Assembly: GCA_964035575.1 (NCBI GenBank)
Contig: OZ037836.1
Coordinates: 310,001 to 374,000 of the forward strand
DNA: 64,000 nucleotides
Direction of reading: 5' to 3'
From: Rhynchopus sp. YZ270_cl-10
Lineage: Eukaryota
Each line of letters opens with the position of its first letter. The stretch's first letter is position 1. Both the position numbers and the translations under genes were made by a program. The notes below the pieces were generated by a model. That model had not been told where the DNA came from and did not search any database. It was given only the letters and a program-made list of their open reading frames with translations. Of the stretch, positions 1-10,479 are shown piece by piece.

Positions 1-3000
1 CACCGTCTCACCCGGTACGTCCAACCCCGAGAAGATCTCAAAGTCCAGCATGAGCTCGAGCTGCGTGATGGGGGGCGTTGTGCCATCAGGCCAACGCAAT
101 GCAGCGAGCCATGCCTTCAGCGCCCAGAAGTGGTCTTCCGTCCAGCGTGGACTCTTCTTCATGTACTTGCTCCCCCACAGTACGTTCTCCAGCGGGTTGT
201 AGCTCTCAAGCACTGCACCCTCCTGAGGATTCCAGCCCCAAGGAAAAAGGGATTGGCCCACCACCGCCTGCTTCTTCTTCTTCTGCGAAAACCCATGTTC
301 CACGTCGTACTTCTGCCTTGCCAGCGCGATGCTGACCAGCATCAGTTGCACACGACGCACCGTCTGCTCTCTCTCCGCAACACTCAGCTCCTGCAAGAAT
401 ATCGTCGGCACCAGGCCAAAGTCCAAGAAGCACGGGGGTGCGTCTTTGAGCAAAACCCGGAGTTTTCCGATGTCCTCTCCACGAATTTCGTCCCACTGCG
501 GGCACCACCACCAAGCGTGTCTCCGGTCCTCTATCGCCTCACCACAGTATCGGCACAACGAAGTCTCCACCTCCTTGTTCCTCAGCAGCTGCACCCCCAC
601 CAACTGAGAGCCCGACAAGGCTCCGCGTATCGCGCCCGCCAGGTATCTGTCGGTCGTGCGGTCCTTCCACACTGCGTTCGTCGCCTGGCGATCCACACCT
701 CCCTCAATGCCCTGCATCGACGGCCTCGTCGTCACTGTCAGGCGGTACGCGTGTGCACGGATGCCCTCTCTCAGCTCATGCAGCCATTTGCCCTTGTCCC
801 ACAGACGAACGTGCACCCTCAACCCGATGTGTGTGGTCCAGAAGTCGAAGCTGCTCCACCGCCATCCGTATCGCTCCAGGTCGTCCCACAACAACTCTAT
901 CACACCCTTCTTGTGCACTTCAGTTACCCTTGGGTTGGCAACCCCAGGGTTCTCGCGCCGGAGACGTGCCAGATCTGAAGCCCTGTCACGCCGCCTCACC
1001 TCCCGCTCCGCTCTTCGGTCATGTGCCAGCCTCCACACTTCTTCTGCTTCTCTCCGCATGCCGTCATCTTCTGTCAGTCGGAGAAAGGCCGCCATCCTCC
1101 TCTGCACAATCTCCGCTGGCGCATCAATCCCAACCGGAGATAACACATGCCACACAATGTTCAGCGTGCGCTGCTTCCTGCCCTGCCCCCAGACTGCCAG
1201 TGCTGCCCCTTGCCTCAGCGTCTCTATCGTCTGCTTCGAGAAGTCTGTCACTTCGCACCCATGCAACGCTGCCATCATTGGTCCCCTTGCGCCAATAAGT
1301 GCCTTCTCAGTGAAGGATAATGGCACACTCGAAACCCTCGTAAACACACGGTGCGCAGTAACCGCACGCTCACGCGCGATGGGCCCGAAGTTCCCCTTTC
1401 CAGCCAAAATGTCTGCTCCAACCGCCCCGAACTGCTTCTTGTCGGGGAAGAGCCCGTCGCCAAGTCCAAACTTCGTCTTTGTTCCCTCCTTCGAGGTAAA
1501 CCCTACGCACTTCTCTGCCTTGACCTCCATGTCCGCAGCAGTGATAAACTCCTTCGTCACCCTCGCAGCACCATGCACCTCCGCTTCCGTGTTCGCCACA
1601 GCATACACGTCGTCAGCGTACCCCATGGCGATTGCTCCGGTCCTTCTCGTCACTGCAGATCCCCACACCGCCATCAGCGCGTTCAACAGCACGACAGAAA
1701 GTGGGCATCCTTGCAGGATACCATTTGTCGTACGAAAGGTGCCTCCCACACCTACGTCTCCCAACTTGAAGCGGCGTTCCATGGCAGTGTACGCAGCCCT
1801 CAGTGGTCCAAGAATACGCCAGTGCGCGCCCCACTCCTCCGCCAGCGATAGCACAATCTCATGAGGTACACGATCGAAACATTTGGCGTAGTCGATCGTG
1901 AAGCCCCATACCTGGTCTGTGTCGTCACCCGACAGTACCGCCTTCTCCAGCTTGAGCGACAGATGCCAGTACAGGTGTGCAGTGCTGTGTCCTGCTCTGA
2001 AGCCGTGCTGTTGCTCACCAATCCAGCTTTCCTGCCACTTTATCAGCCTTCGCAACCTCGCTGCCGCCCACAGTCTGTAGATACACGAAGTGATCGTGAT
2101 AGGTCGCTGCTTCAGCGGGGTGTCGTCTTCCCCTTTGGGGATGAGCGCAATGAGTGCTCTCATCAAAGAAGGCGGCCACTCCCCCGTACACTCAATCGCA
2201 TCAAACACATCTGCCAGCCTGTCGAGCAGCACCAGAGGAAGCGCCTTCAGCTCTGCCATGCGCCAACCCTCCACCCCAGCAGAAGTTTGTGTCTTCATCC
2301 TCCCCAGAGTTTGCTGCAACTCCTTCCCCGTCAGCCTGTCCATCTGCATCGCTTGCCCCTTGCCTGCGATGTCTTCTGTAAACTTCTCCCTAAACGCACC
2401 CCAGTCGGGCTCTGGCTTTTCCGCATATCGGCGAAGAATCGGCATCCACGCCTCATGCAGGAGGGTGTCCATCTCCTCAGCGTTGGCGGTGAACTTCCCA
2501 TCCTCGTTCTTCAGGGCAGTCATCTTCCTGTACTGTTCGTCCTTGCAGTATTTGAAGATCGCCTTGGGAGCGTTGTGCCATGCATCCCGTAGGCGCTGCC
2601 GCCAGTCCTCCAGTCGCTTCCGCTTCACTCGGTCCGCAAGCGTTGACACCTTCACTCGCACGGCTCTGCACAGATCCACCAAAGCCTCCTCGCTAGGCAT
2701 ATCCTGTTGCAGTGAGTCGTCGTCCAGCAGAACACGCAGTTCCTTCCGCGCCTTGCTCCAACAATTGCACACGTCATGTGGCGGCACACCACCGTTGCTC
2801 CTCACGTACCACAGCCGACATTCTTCCAGCCTGCCCACGTTCTTCGTCAGCCTTCTCTGGCTCACTGTCAGAGCGTCCCCTTCCTTGCTCTGCTTCGCAG
2901 TCCGGTGCTTCGGCTTCGGGTCAAACGTTTTGCCTCTTCCGCAATACGCCTTCGTCGGGCCCTCAATCTCGCCTTCGCACGCCTGCAGCAAGAAGTCCTC

Positions 3001-3915
3001 TGCCCACTTGTTCCACTGTATCCACCTATCCTGAGGGTGTTGAAGCGCCCCCCACTGCAGCTCCTTGCTCGCAAACGCCTTTTGTGCATTCTTCACGCCT
3101 TGTCCACACTTGTCCAAAGGGAACTGCTTCGGCAGAGTGTACGCGAGCACGATCTGCCTGTACGCACCTACATCCAGCGCTATCTCTACCGGTCTGTGCT
3201 GCGGGAGCCCAGAGTCGTGGACAACCTTCACAGACGACAGCCCTGTGCACGCAGCTCGGTTCAGCAGAACGTAATCGAGCCTCTTGCGGATCTCCTTGCC
3301 GTCTTTCACCGAGAAGTAGGTGTTGTCCGGGGTCGTCCCAAGCACCCTTGCGTGCTCTTCGGCAGTGTCCTTCCACCATCCTGTGTCCAGTGTAGCAGCC
3401 AGCACACCTGATTTCCCTGGACCTGCGTTGAAATCCCCACCAATCACCCCAGGAATATCACCAAGCTCTGCAGCAGCCTCCATCACCTCGCCAAGTATTT
3501 TCTCCCTAGCCTCCGGGTCCGCCGACGGCGCGTAGACGGAGGTCACGTCGATCCACTCGTTGCCTTTGCCGTACGCCACCTTCGCCTTCACCCATCGCGT
3601 TGAGTCCCAGAGGTTCTTTTCCAAGGTTGAGGAGGGCGGGCTCGTGAGCACAGGTATTCCCTCTTGCACCAGAATCGCAACACCACCAGATTTCGCTTCT
3701 TCGGCCGACCTCCATTCCGGCAACTCCTTACCCCACACCACCTGCCAACCCTGCTCGCGGTACTCGATGGAGAGGCGCTTCTGCGTCGTCACGGTGCACT
3801 TTGTCTCTTGTACCAGAACAACTTGAGCATCCTCCGCAACCTTCAGCAGAGAACTCCCGCCTGTCTGCAGCGCCGTCACATTGCTGCACACTATCTTTAG
3901 TGGGGCAAGGCCCAC
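1..3915 (-). CDS. A1 ORF2: APE endonuclease + reverse transcriptase (runs off window)
   Basis: Constant 14637-bp offset to A2 ORF2, so no net indel. YADD is encoded near 1610 and the GTG start matches A2/A3. Confidence 0.9.
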   Translation of the reverse strand, partial: MGLAPLKIVCSNVTALQTGGSSLLKVAEDAQVVLVQETKCTVTTQKRLSIEYREQGWQVVWGKELPEWRSAEEAKSGGVAILVQEGIPVLTSPPSSTLEKNLWDSTRWVKAKVAYGKGNEWIDVTSVYAPSADPEAREKILGEVMEAAAELGDIPGVIGGDFNAGPGKSGVLAATLDTGWWKDTAEEHARVLGTTPDNTYFSVKDGKEIRKRLDYVLLNRAACTGLSSVKVVHDSGLPQHRPVEIALDVGAYRQIVLAYTLPKQFPLDKCGQGVKNAQKAFASKELQWGALQHPQDRWIQWNKWAEDFLLQACEGEIEGPTKAYCGRGKTFDPKPKHRTAKQSKEGDALTVSQRRLTKNVGRLEECRLWYVRSNGGVPPHDVCNCWSKARKELRVLLDDDSLQQDMPSEEALVDLCRAVRVKVSTLADRVKRKRLEDWRQRLRDAWHNAPKAIFKYCKDEQYRKMTALKNEDGKFTANAEEMDTLLHEAWMPILRRYAEKPEPDWGAFREKFTEDIAGKGQAMQMDRLTGKELQQTLGRMKTQTSAGVEGWRMAELKALPLVLLDRLADVFDAIECTGEWPPSLMRALIALIPKGEDDTPLKQRPITITSCIYRLWAAARLRRLIKWQESWIGEQQHGFRAGHSTAHLYWHLSLKLEKAVLSGDDTDQVWGFTIDYAKCFDRVPHEIVLSLAEEWGAHWRILGPLRAAYTAMERRFKLGDVGVGGTFRTTNGILQGCPLSVVLLNALMAVWGSAVTRRTGAIAMGYADDVYAVANTEAEVHGAARVTKEFITAADMEVKAEKCVGFTSKEGTKTKFGLGDGLFPDKKQFGAVGADILAGKGNFGPIARERAVTAHRVFTRVSSVPLSFTEKALIGARGPMMAALHGCEVTDFSKQTIETLRQGAALAVWGQGRKQRTLNIVWHVLSPVGIDAPAEIVQRRMAAFLRLTEDDGMRREAEEVWRLAHDRRAEREVRRRDRASDLARLRRENPGVANPRVTEVHKKGVIELLWDDLERYGWRWSSFDFWTTHIGLRVHVRLWDKGKWLHELREGIRAHAYRLTVTTRPSMQGIEGGVDRQATNAVWKDRTTDRYLAGAIRGALSGSQLVGVQLLRNKEVETSLCRYCGEAIEDRRHAWWWCPQWDEIRGEDIGKLRVLLKDAPPCFLDFGLVPTIFLQELSVAEREQTVRRVQLMLVSIALARQKYDVEHGFSQKKKKQAVVGQSLFPWGWNPQEGAVLESYNPLENVLWGSKYMKKSPRWTEDHFWALKAWLAALRWPDGTTPPITQLELMLDFEIFSGLDVPGETV

Positions 3916-3923
3916 GGTCGTGA

Positions 3924-6791
3924 TTAATACGACCTTTCTCGGTTATTGTCCGTGTCGCGGGGGCGGCTGTTCTCGTCCGTCGTCGTATCTTTCTTCTTCT
4001 CCTCACCGCCACGATCTTGAGCATCCCTGGCCTTGTCCTTGGCCTCGCGAGCTGCCTTCTTCAGCGCCTCGTTCTCCTCCGTGAGCCGCTTGCTCTCCGC
4101 TGCCAGCTGCACGTTCTGGTCCTTGCACTGCTGCACCGTCTCCTTCATCTCAGCACATTCTGCTCTGAGCTGTTCCATGTCGAGAGGCTGCGGCGGTTGC
4201 GCGACTGGTGCCGACTGCTGCGGCTGTCCCATCATCCGCTTCTGTGCCTCCAACATCTCCTTCTGCTGCTCCATGACGCCCTTCATCATCTCCCGCAATT
4301 CCTTCATCTCCTTCTTCATCATCTCTATCTCGTCCTGCGCTGCTGATGAAGCTGCGGGAGGTGCCGGAGCCGCCGGTGCCCCTGTTGCAGGGTGGGGTCG
4401 AGCTGCAGGTGGTGCGTATCCCCTCGCCTTAGCCGCCCACGTGCCAGCGCCGCTCTCTGCTGCTCCTTGCCTCGGTACTGGGAACTGCGCCAGAGGGAAA
4501 CCCCACGGATTCGCACCCACCTTCTGCACACGACGCCCTTCCTTCACCGCACACACCGTCAACACCAATCCACCCACCTCCAGCACCCCTTCTGTGCTCG
4601 GGCACGGCACATCCGACGTAACCGTCCACTTGTGCCCTCGCGACAGCACCTTCACCGTCCAGCTCGCCTCCCTCGCCAGCCCCTCACACAACAGCTGGAC
4701 CGACGTGTTCGCCGGAATTCCCCCAATCTCGTACCTGTGTCCCTGCACGACGACGTCCTCCTGCACAAGAAGCCTCTTCGCAGCCTCCAAGTCCCCCTTC
4801 ATCACCCGCACCGCGTAGCCCCCTTCCCCTACGGCGAGTCCGCGCACGCTATCCTCCATGTTCTCCTCAACAAGGTCCAGCCGTGCCAGAGCAGACTCCA
4901 GCGGTTCCGCCTTCCACAACAACCCACAGTCCCCGTACTCCTTTGCCTGGAAGAGGTGCCGCACAAACACCCCTTCCCGTCCGCTTCTCCTCAGCATGGC
5001 GCACACCACCATGTCCTCCGTCACGTCCACAGACATCTCCATCCATCCTCCTCTCTCCAAGCCGCGTCCACACCGCACCCCCTGCAACCCGTACCACCGA
5101 CGCATGCGTTGCTCTCCCTTTGTGCGTCCCTCCCCCTGGAGCAACATCGTTCTGCCCATCAGCGTAATCAGCTTGCTCGAGAACGTGCTCTCCACCGGCT
5201 TCACCACGTCGTCCAAGTTAGTTGTCATGGACGACAGCCACACTTCTTCCACCTTTGCTCCCCGCTCCGTCTTCACCGCCACCTTCGCCTTCTTCGTGCG
5301 CGCTGCACCCGTACACTTCGAACGGGACACAATCACCATCTGCGGAAGTTGGTGCAGCAACTGTAACCCCTGCAGAAGTTCGCTCGCCTTCCACGCAACT
5401 GCCGCCACCTGCGTCACCCCTTCCACATTGCTGGGCACTGCATCCCACACCGGTATTTTCCATCCCTGGGGCGCCAGGTTCAGTGCATCCTCCGCTGCGC
5501 TCTGGGTCACCGCCGTCGCCTTCTTCTTCCCCTTCACAGCTGTAGCCGGTACGTGCAGTTGCGGTTGTCCCACTGCGCACAGAAGTTCCTCCCCCACCTT
5601 CAACCCTGCCGATTCCACAGCACCGTAGTGTACCCCCTCGAACCCCAGGACTACGTCAGACTCCGTGAAGGTGAGGTTAGCCTTCTCCGGAGTTCCTTCT
5701 GCCAGCTGCCCGTCGGACTGCCCGTCGATCAGCGTAGCCCGTAGCGCGTTCTCCGGTCCAACGTCAAGCACAACAATGCGGACCTTCATCACCTTGGCGA
5801 TCGCATGGAGACACAAATGGTCCCCCCATGTCCCCAGCTGCGCCATGCCTGCCAGGTATGCATCAATGCACCCCTCGTCCACAAATGGGCTGTAGTGTGC
5901 CTTCTGCTCCTTCATCACCTCAACTGCGAGCCTGCGGAAGCCTGCGTGACCATTCGGGGACCGCTCCACAGACCACGCCACCGACCGGAACAGACAGTCC
6001 CCCTTGCCCCCACATTCCTCCCATCGCAACCCCCATCTTTCCAGGTGTCCCTTGACACCTGGCTGCACGGCAGCTGCCAGCGTCTCCGTCCTGCATCCCC
6101 TTGCGGCGTACCCCCCTCCTGCAACCAGCTGGGCGTTGCTCTCTGCCTCCTTCATCCCCTTCCCCGCCTTCGCGCAGTGCTGCAGCGATACCCTTATCCC
6201 CCTCTTCTTCAACTCGCCCAGCAGCGCCTTCACCTTCTCCAGCCTCGGCTTCAGCAACGACGAGTCGCAGGCGTGCCCCTCAGCCACCTGCCTCCAGACC
6301 ACCAAGTGCGTGACCCACACGCGCGCGTGGGTGCCCTTCGGGTACGACCCGTCGGCCACCCCTTGAAGCCCGAGCAGGATGCCCTCGTACGCGGCTTCTG
6401 CCTTGGTGATGTTTGCCAGGCGGCGGGTTACTTCCCAGTGCGTTCCTGGTTCCTCCTCCGTCGCATCACGCGCCAGCGCACACAGCCCCGTCGTGTCCCG
6501 CACCTTCTCGCCCGTCACTACTCCGATGAAGACATCGGGATCCTTCCTCTCCTCCCCTGCACTGCGCTTCATGCCGCCTGCCCCCGGGTAGGCGGGCTGC
6601 CGTAGCCCCTCAGTCCAGTGCGCCTGCTCCGCCGCCGCCGTCACCTCGTCACTGCAATAGCAGTTCCACGACCTGCAGCACACAGGCGCCGGCGGGTGTG
6701 GCGTCCACTTGGCCGATCCGTGTGACGGATCGTTGCCCGGGATACTCCGCGTGGAGGCTGGACGTGACTTCGACACCATGTACGAAAACAT
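3924..6791 (-). CDS. A1 ORF1: degenerate RNase H-like + OTU protease + RRM-like + coiled coil
   Basis: 955-aa ORF with OTU motifs KGDCLFRS, WGDH and GVHYGAV and a C-terminal heptad-rich segment. The true start may be the later MKRSAG. Confidence 0.88.
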   Translation of the reverse strand: MFSYMVSKSRPASTRSIPGNDPSHGSAKWTPHPPAPVCCRSWNCYCSDEVTAAAEQAHWTEGLRQPAYPGAGGMKRSAGEERKDPDVFIGVVTGEKVRDTTGLCALARDATEEEPGTHWEVTRRLANITKAEAAYEGILLGLQGVADGSYPKGTHARVWVTHLVVWRQVAEGHACDSSLLKPRLEKVKALLGELKKRGIRVSLQHCAKAGKGMKEAESNAQLVAGGGYAARGCRTETLAAAVQPGVKGHLERWGLRWEECGGKGDCLFRSVAWSVERSPNGHAGFRRLAVEVMKEQKAHYSPFVDEGCIDAYLAGMAQLGTWGDHLCLHAIAKVMKVRIVVLDVGPENALRATLIDGQSDGQLAEGTPEKANLTFTESDVVLGFEGVHYGAVESAGLKVGEELLCAVGQPQLHVPATAVKGKKKATAVTQSAAEDALNLAPQGWKIPVWDAVPSNVEGVTQVAAVAWKASELLQGLQLLHQLPQMVIVSRSKCTGAARTKKAKVAVKTERGAKVEEVWLSSMTTNLDDVVKPVESTFSSKLITLMGRTMLLQGEGRTKGEQRMRRWYGLQGVRCGRGLERGGWMEMSVDVTEDMVVCAMLRRSGREGVFVRHLFQAKEYGDCGLLWKAEPLESALARLDLVEENMEDSVRGLAVGEGGYAVRVMKGDLEAAKRLLVQEDVVVQGHRYEIGGIPANTSVQLLCEGLAREASWTVKVLSRGHKWTVTSDVPCPSTEGVLEVGGLVLTVCAVKEGRRVQKVGANPWGFPLAQFPVPRQGAAESGAGTWAAKARGYAPPAARPHPATGAPAAPAPPAASSAAQDEIEMMKKEMKELREMMKGVMEQQKEMLEAQKRMMGQPQQSAPVAQPPQPLDMEQLRAECAEMKETVQQCKDQNVQLAAESKRLTEENEALKKAAREAKDKARDAQDRGGEEKKKDTTTDENSRPRDTDNNRERSY

Positions 6792-6831
6792 TGTTTATAT
6801 TCTTTCTTTTTGTGTACGTTGTGTGTATCCC
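6702..6831 (-). ncRNA. HDV-like self-cleaving ribozyme candidate at A1 5' end
   Basis: P1 GGGATAC/GTATCCC, P2 CGTCCA/TGGACG, L3 TCCACGC, GG-GCAA, P4 CGATCCG/CGGATCG, J4/2 GCCAAG. Confidence 0.8.
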
Positions 6832-7435
6832 CCAGGTTGGCTAAAGAGTTGCAGCCGTAAAGAAAGCACCTCTCAATCATCGTAACATTCTCGAATGGTG
6901 TCAGATCCAGGGTGGTTAAAGAGTTGCAGTCGCAAAGAAAGTGACTGCCAATCTCCGTCACATTGCTCAACCCAGAGAGGTCAATACTTGTCAACGAGGT
7001 GCACTCCTCGAGGAAGTTGTCTCCAATGTGAGTCACAATGGACTCAGCACTGAGATCAAGTCTCGTCAACGAAGTGCCTGTCAAGAACCCATCAGGAATG
7101 ACAGTCGCAACCTCCGCCTGCAGAAGCAAACACGCCACCTCAGGATCCTCCACCTCCTCCAACCGCTCTGGAGTCAGGTCTCTCTCACCCAACGCATGAA
7201 GTGCTGCTATGGCTTCGTACCTCTGTGTTTTTGTGAGGATGATTGTGTCACCAGCACTCAGCTGCGTCATGTCCGCTCCTTCTCCCATCGCTTCGTCTCC
7301 GAAACTCATGCAAAAGCTGTTTTCAGGCAACCCCATTGCAGTCGCCACCTTCCGCCGCAAGCCCTCCACTGTGTCATCTGCACCCACCTCGACTGTGTGC
7401 TGGTTCGCTCTGAAATCCTCGAAGTGCACGTCCAT
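6832..7435 (-). pseudogene. UBL-LRR gene, 5' half, interrupted by A1
   Basis: MDVHFEDF...VEVGADDTVEGLRRKVA...LSAGDTIILT followed by LRRs ending at GCNSLANL at the element junction. Confidence 0.9.
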
Positions 7436-9082
7436 TTGTTTGTTGTGGTTTTGTGTTCTGATCTCTGTGTGTGGTGGTGGGGTGTGGAGGACAAGACAAG
7501 AAATACCCCATTTTGCAGGGTTTCAACCCTGAACAAATGCTCGACAAGGTCGTTATTGGCGTGTTCTGCAGTTCCTCCGTTCGCACCGCGGGTCTGGCTG
7601 GGGTCCTCTTCCCCGTGGGTGAGGCTATGTGGAGCTAATCCCTGCGCCGCTGATCTGCGAGAACGAAATGAACATTGCTGCAAGGACTGTGCTGTGTATG
7701 CACCCCTATTCGAGGTTTGCATTTGATATGCCCTACACCCTCTGCACCACCAAGGCAGGAAGCAAGGAAGAGGAGAAATGGATATGATCGTCAACTAGAG
7801 ACACATCGGCCTCGTAAGGAAATTACGTGACGACGACGAGGTCAAAAACGGGGCAATAGTACGCGCGTCATTACGCCCCGTACTTACGACCTCGTACTGC
7901 CTGTAATTTCCATACGAAGACAGCGTGGGGAACGTGTCCTGTCAACACGCTTTATTTAAAGGGAAACGTACGTGTGAGGCAGGTGCATGCGTAGCACAAC
8001 GTACTCAAGACAGTGTGCAAGAGATAACAAACAGCTACAAGGGGAGAGGTCTTTTGTTTTTCCTTTGTTTTTGTATTTGAAAGCTCGAACTGTAGTTCGT
8101 TGTATTAGTGTGGACACCCGAGGATGTGCTCCACTATGTGTTCCTTTTGAACCTGGCCACCATCCTTTGGTTCACTTGCCCTGCTGAGGCAGAGTGGCTG
8201 TTCCTCAGTTTTGTATTTTCATGACTTTTCAGTTTCTCTATCCTCTGCGATATGACGCGCAAACACGCCGTTTTCAATTTGATTCGCAGACCGATACTGA
8301 CTCACGAAGTTGCTGTGTCAAGAAACACCTTCCTCTGCGAGGCGGGATACCACAGCGACAACGTCTATAATGGCGTCATGGCTTTTATCATTACTACAGG
8401 GGTCCAACCCTGCACATTGTTCTCACAACACAAAATACAAATATGAACACAAATGGAGAGATGAAAGATATGTCCTTTCATTCGACGTGAACAGACAAAC
8501 AATAACACTTTTAACTCGCAAACTGATTTGCTTGAAGTACAGAAATGAGGTGAGTGCACAATAAAGGTGGAGGGTGGTAAATTTGTTTCAATAACTTTCA
8601 AATCAAAGAAGAGAAAGCTCAAGGACGTCAATAGATGCATTCAAACGTTAGTGTTTTTGTTGCAAAAATGTCGAAAGAAAAGAGAATAATCTCAACACAC
8701 TCTGTTGATTCTAAAAACGGGGGTAGAAAAACCACGCATGGAAAACATGAGAAGAGGGTTGGAAGTTGAAACACTTCCTCACTTCCAGATCACACTACAA
8801 TAGAAAGGTTTCAGTTTGAGTAGTAGGGTGGGTTCCTCTTCTGACGGTTTAACAGCTGATTTTTCCTGTTCTTCTTTTTATTTGAAAAAGATAACAATTC
8901 CTCTCGAAATAGTTCCAGATTGAACTGAGAGAATGAAGAAACCCCAAACCCTCCCAGACCAAACGGTCTAACATGTTGCATTGATATAGTGTGGGGGTGA
9001 AGTGAGGGGCACGAGAATTGTCTTCACGAGTACAGAAAGATTTCCTCAGATATGTCACAACTGTCATGTCCCCCACATGGCC

Positions 9083-9330
9083 TCACATGCACACACATGT
9101 GCACTTCGTATCGTCTTCGACCAGGGAAGGTGTTGCTGGTGCGGGCGTCGGTGGCGACTGTGTTGGTGGCGCTGGTGTTAGAGGAGACGACGTTTGCGGT
9201 GCTGGCGTCGTAGGTGCTGACGTGGGAGGTGATGGTGTCATCGGCACTGTCGTTGGCGGCGCTGGAGTGGCTGGTGACTGTGTCGGTGGCGAAGGTGTTA
9301 CTGGGGATGGTGTAAGTGGAGCTGGTAGTC
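9083..9330 (-). CDS. Pro/Thr-rich (TPAPPT) fragment ending in the family CaaX tail DTKCTCVCM
   Basis: Part of ORF 9083..9580. No clear start of its own; the 3' flank resembles those of the LRR genes. Confidence 0.5.
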
Positions 9331-9383
9331 GTATACTAAAAGATTTTCTAACAAATGTACACAACTGCCCTGTCCCGGGGGCC

Positions 9384-10479
9384 TCACATGCACACACATT
9401 TGCACTTGGTATCTTCTTTGACCACTTCAGCGGCGTGGCTAATGTCGTTGGTATCGTCCATGAGGCTACCACTACGGCTCTGCACATATTCTGACACAAC
9501 ACTGCTCGATCCGGTGACGTTGATGCTGCTTGTGAATATGGTACATCCTTCCAGGAAGCCTTTCTCAATGTCCGTCGCATTCGTCAACCCAGATAAGTTA
9601 AGTGTTCGCAATGCGCTGCAGTTGTAGAGAAAGGACCTCGTCACATTGTTCCACCCAGAAATATCCAATGTGGTCAATGAGGTGCAGTCTGAGAGAAAGT
9701 TGTCGCCAACCTGCGTCACATTGCTCCACCCAGACAAGTCAAGTGTTCGCAATGCGATATTAAACTTGAAAAACGTGATCCACCCCCGCAAAAAGAAAAA
9801 CCAGCAAAAGGGAAGGATGGCACCACGGTGTGCCAGAGAGTGGCTTGATCCCATTTGCTGACTTATACCCAACAAAGAAGCGACACCTAAGTGAACAGGG
9901 GCCGTATACCACCGCTGGTGGCCTAGGTTAGTATATAAGCCAGGTCAAGGTCCGCACTCTGGCAGCGTCAAAAGAAATAAACAACAATAAAACCACCAGT
10001 CATTCCAATGGGAGGAACGAATGACTGGCATCTCCTAATTCTCTAAACTGCGGTGAGTGGAACACCCAACTCCAAGATGCAAACCACTGCCGCAGGTTAG
10101 CACCTACAAAAAGCAAAGAAAAGCAAAGAAAAGAAAAGCAAAAGCTGTGCATGGTCGTAAAGTAGGTGCAGGGTCGCTTAAATCCCTGAGGGCACAAAAA
10201 GCCCAGCATACACCTCCTCCAGTTGCTTTGGACCCTCCAGTATCATGTGCCCGGGTTTGCAAAAGTGCAATGCAACCATCCCACGCGTGGCCTTCGTTCA
10301 CTCAAAAAAGAGATTATATCCGGGGACGCCAGGGCAAAAAGGCCGGGGGGCTGCCACCTCACGTTTTTGTCCCCTCAAGTGTTCGCAATGCGATGCAGGA
10401 GGAGAGAAAGTAGTCTCCCAGTTGCGTCACATTGTTCCACCTAGAAATATCCAGTGTGGTCAATGAGGTGCACCTGGAG
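9384..10479 (-). pseudogene. 3' part of a CaaX-type LRR gene, interrupted by a SINE-like insert and truncated by a satellite
   Basis: LRRs plus DTNDISHAAEVVKEDTKCKCVCM, the same tail as gene 61742..62974. Confidence 0.85.
9759..10374 (-). mobile_element. 616-bp non-autonomous (SINE-like) partner of family A
   Basis: 20-bp TSD tcaagtgttcgcaatgcgat (9739-9758, 10375-10394). The 3' end shares CAAGTTTA, GGGGRTGGRTCACGT and CGTGGYGCC with family A. No credible ORF. Confidence 0.85.

Larger units (their letters stand above)
1..6831 (-). mobile_element. Non-LTR retrotransposon family A, copy A1 (3' end beyond window start)
   Basis: Colinear with copies A2/A3. The 5' end GGGATACACAC at 6831 abuts LRR coding sequence (plus strand ccaggttggctaaagag). 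Confidence 0.95.
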
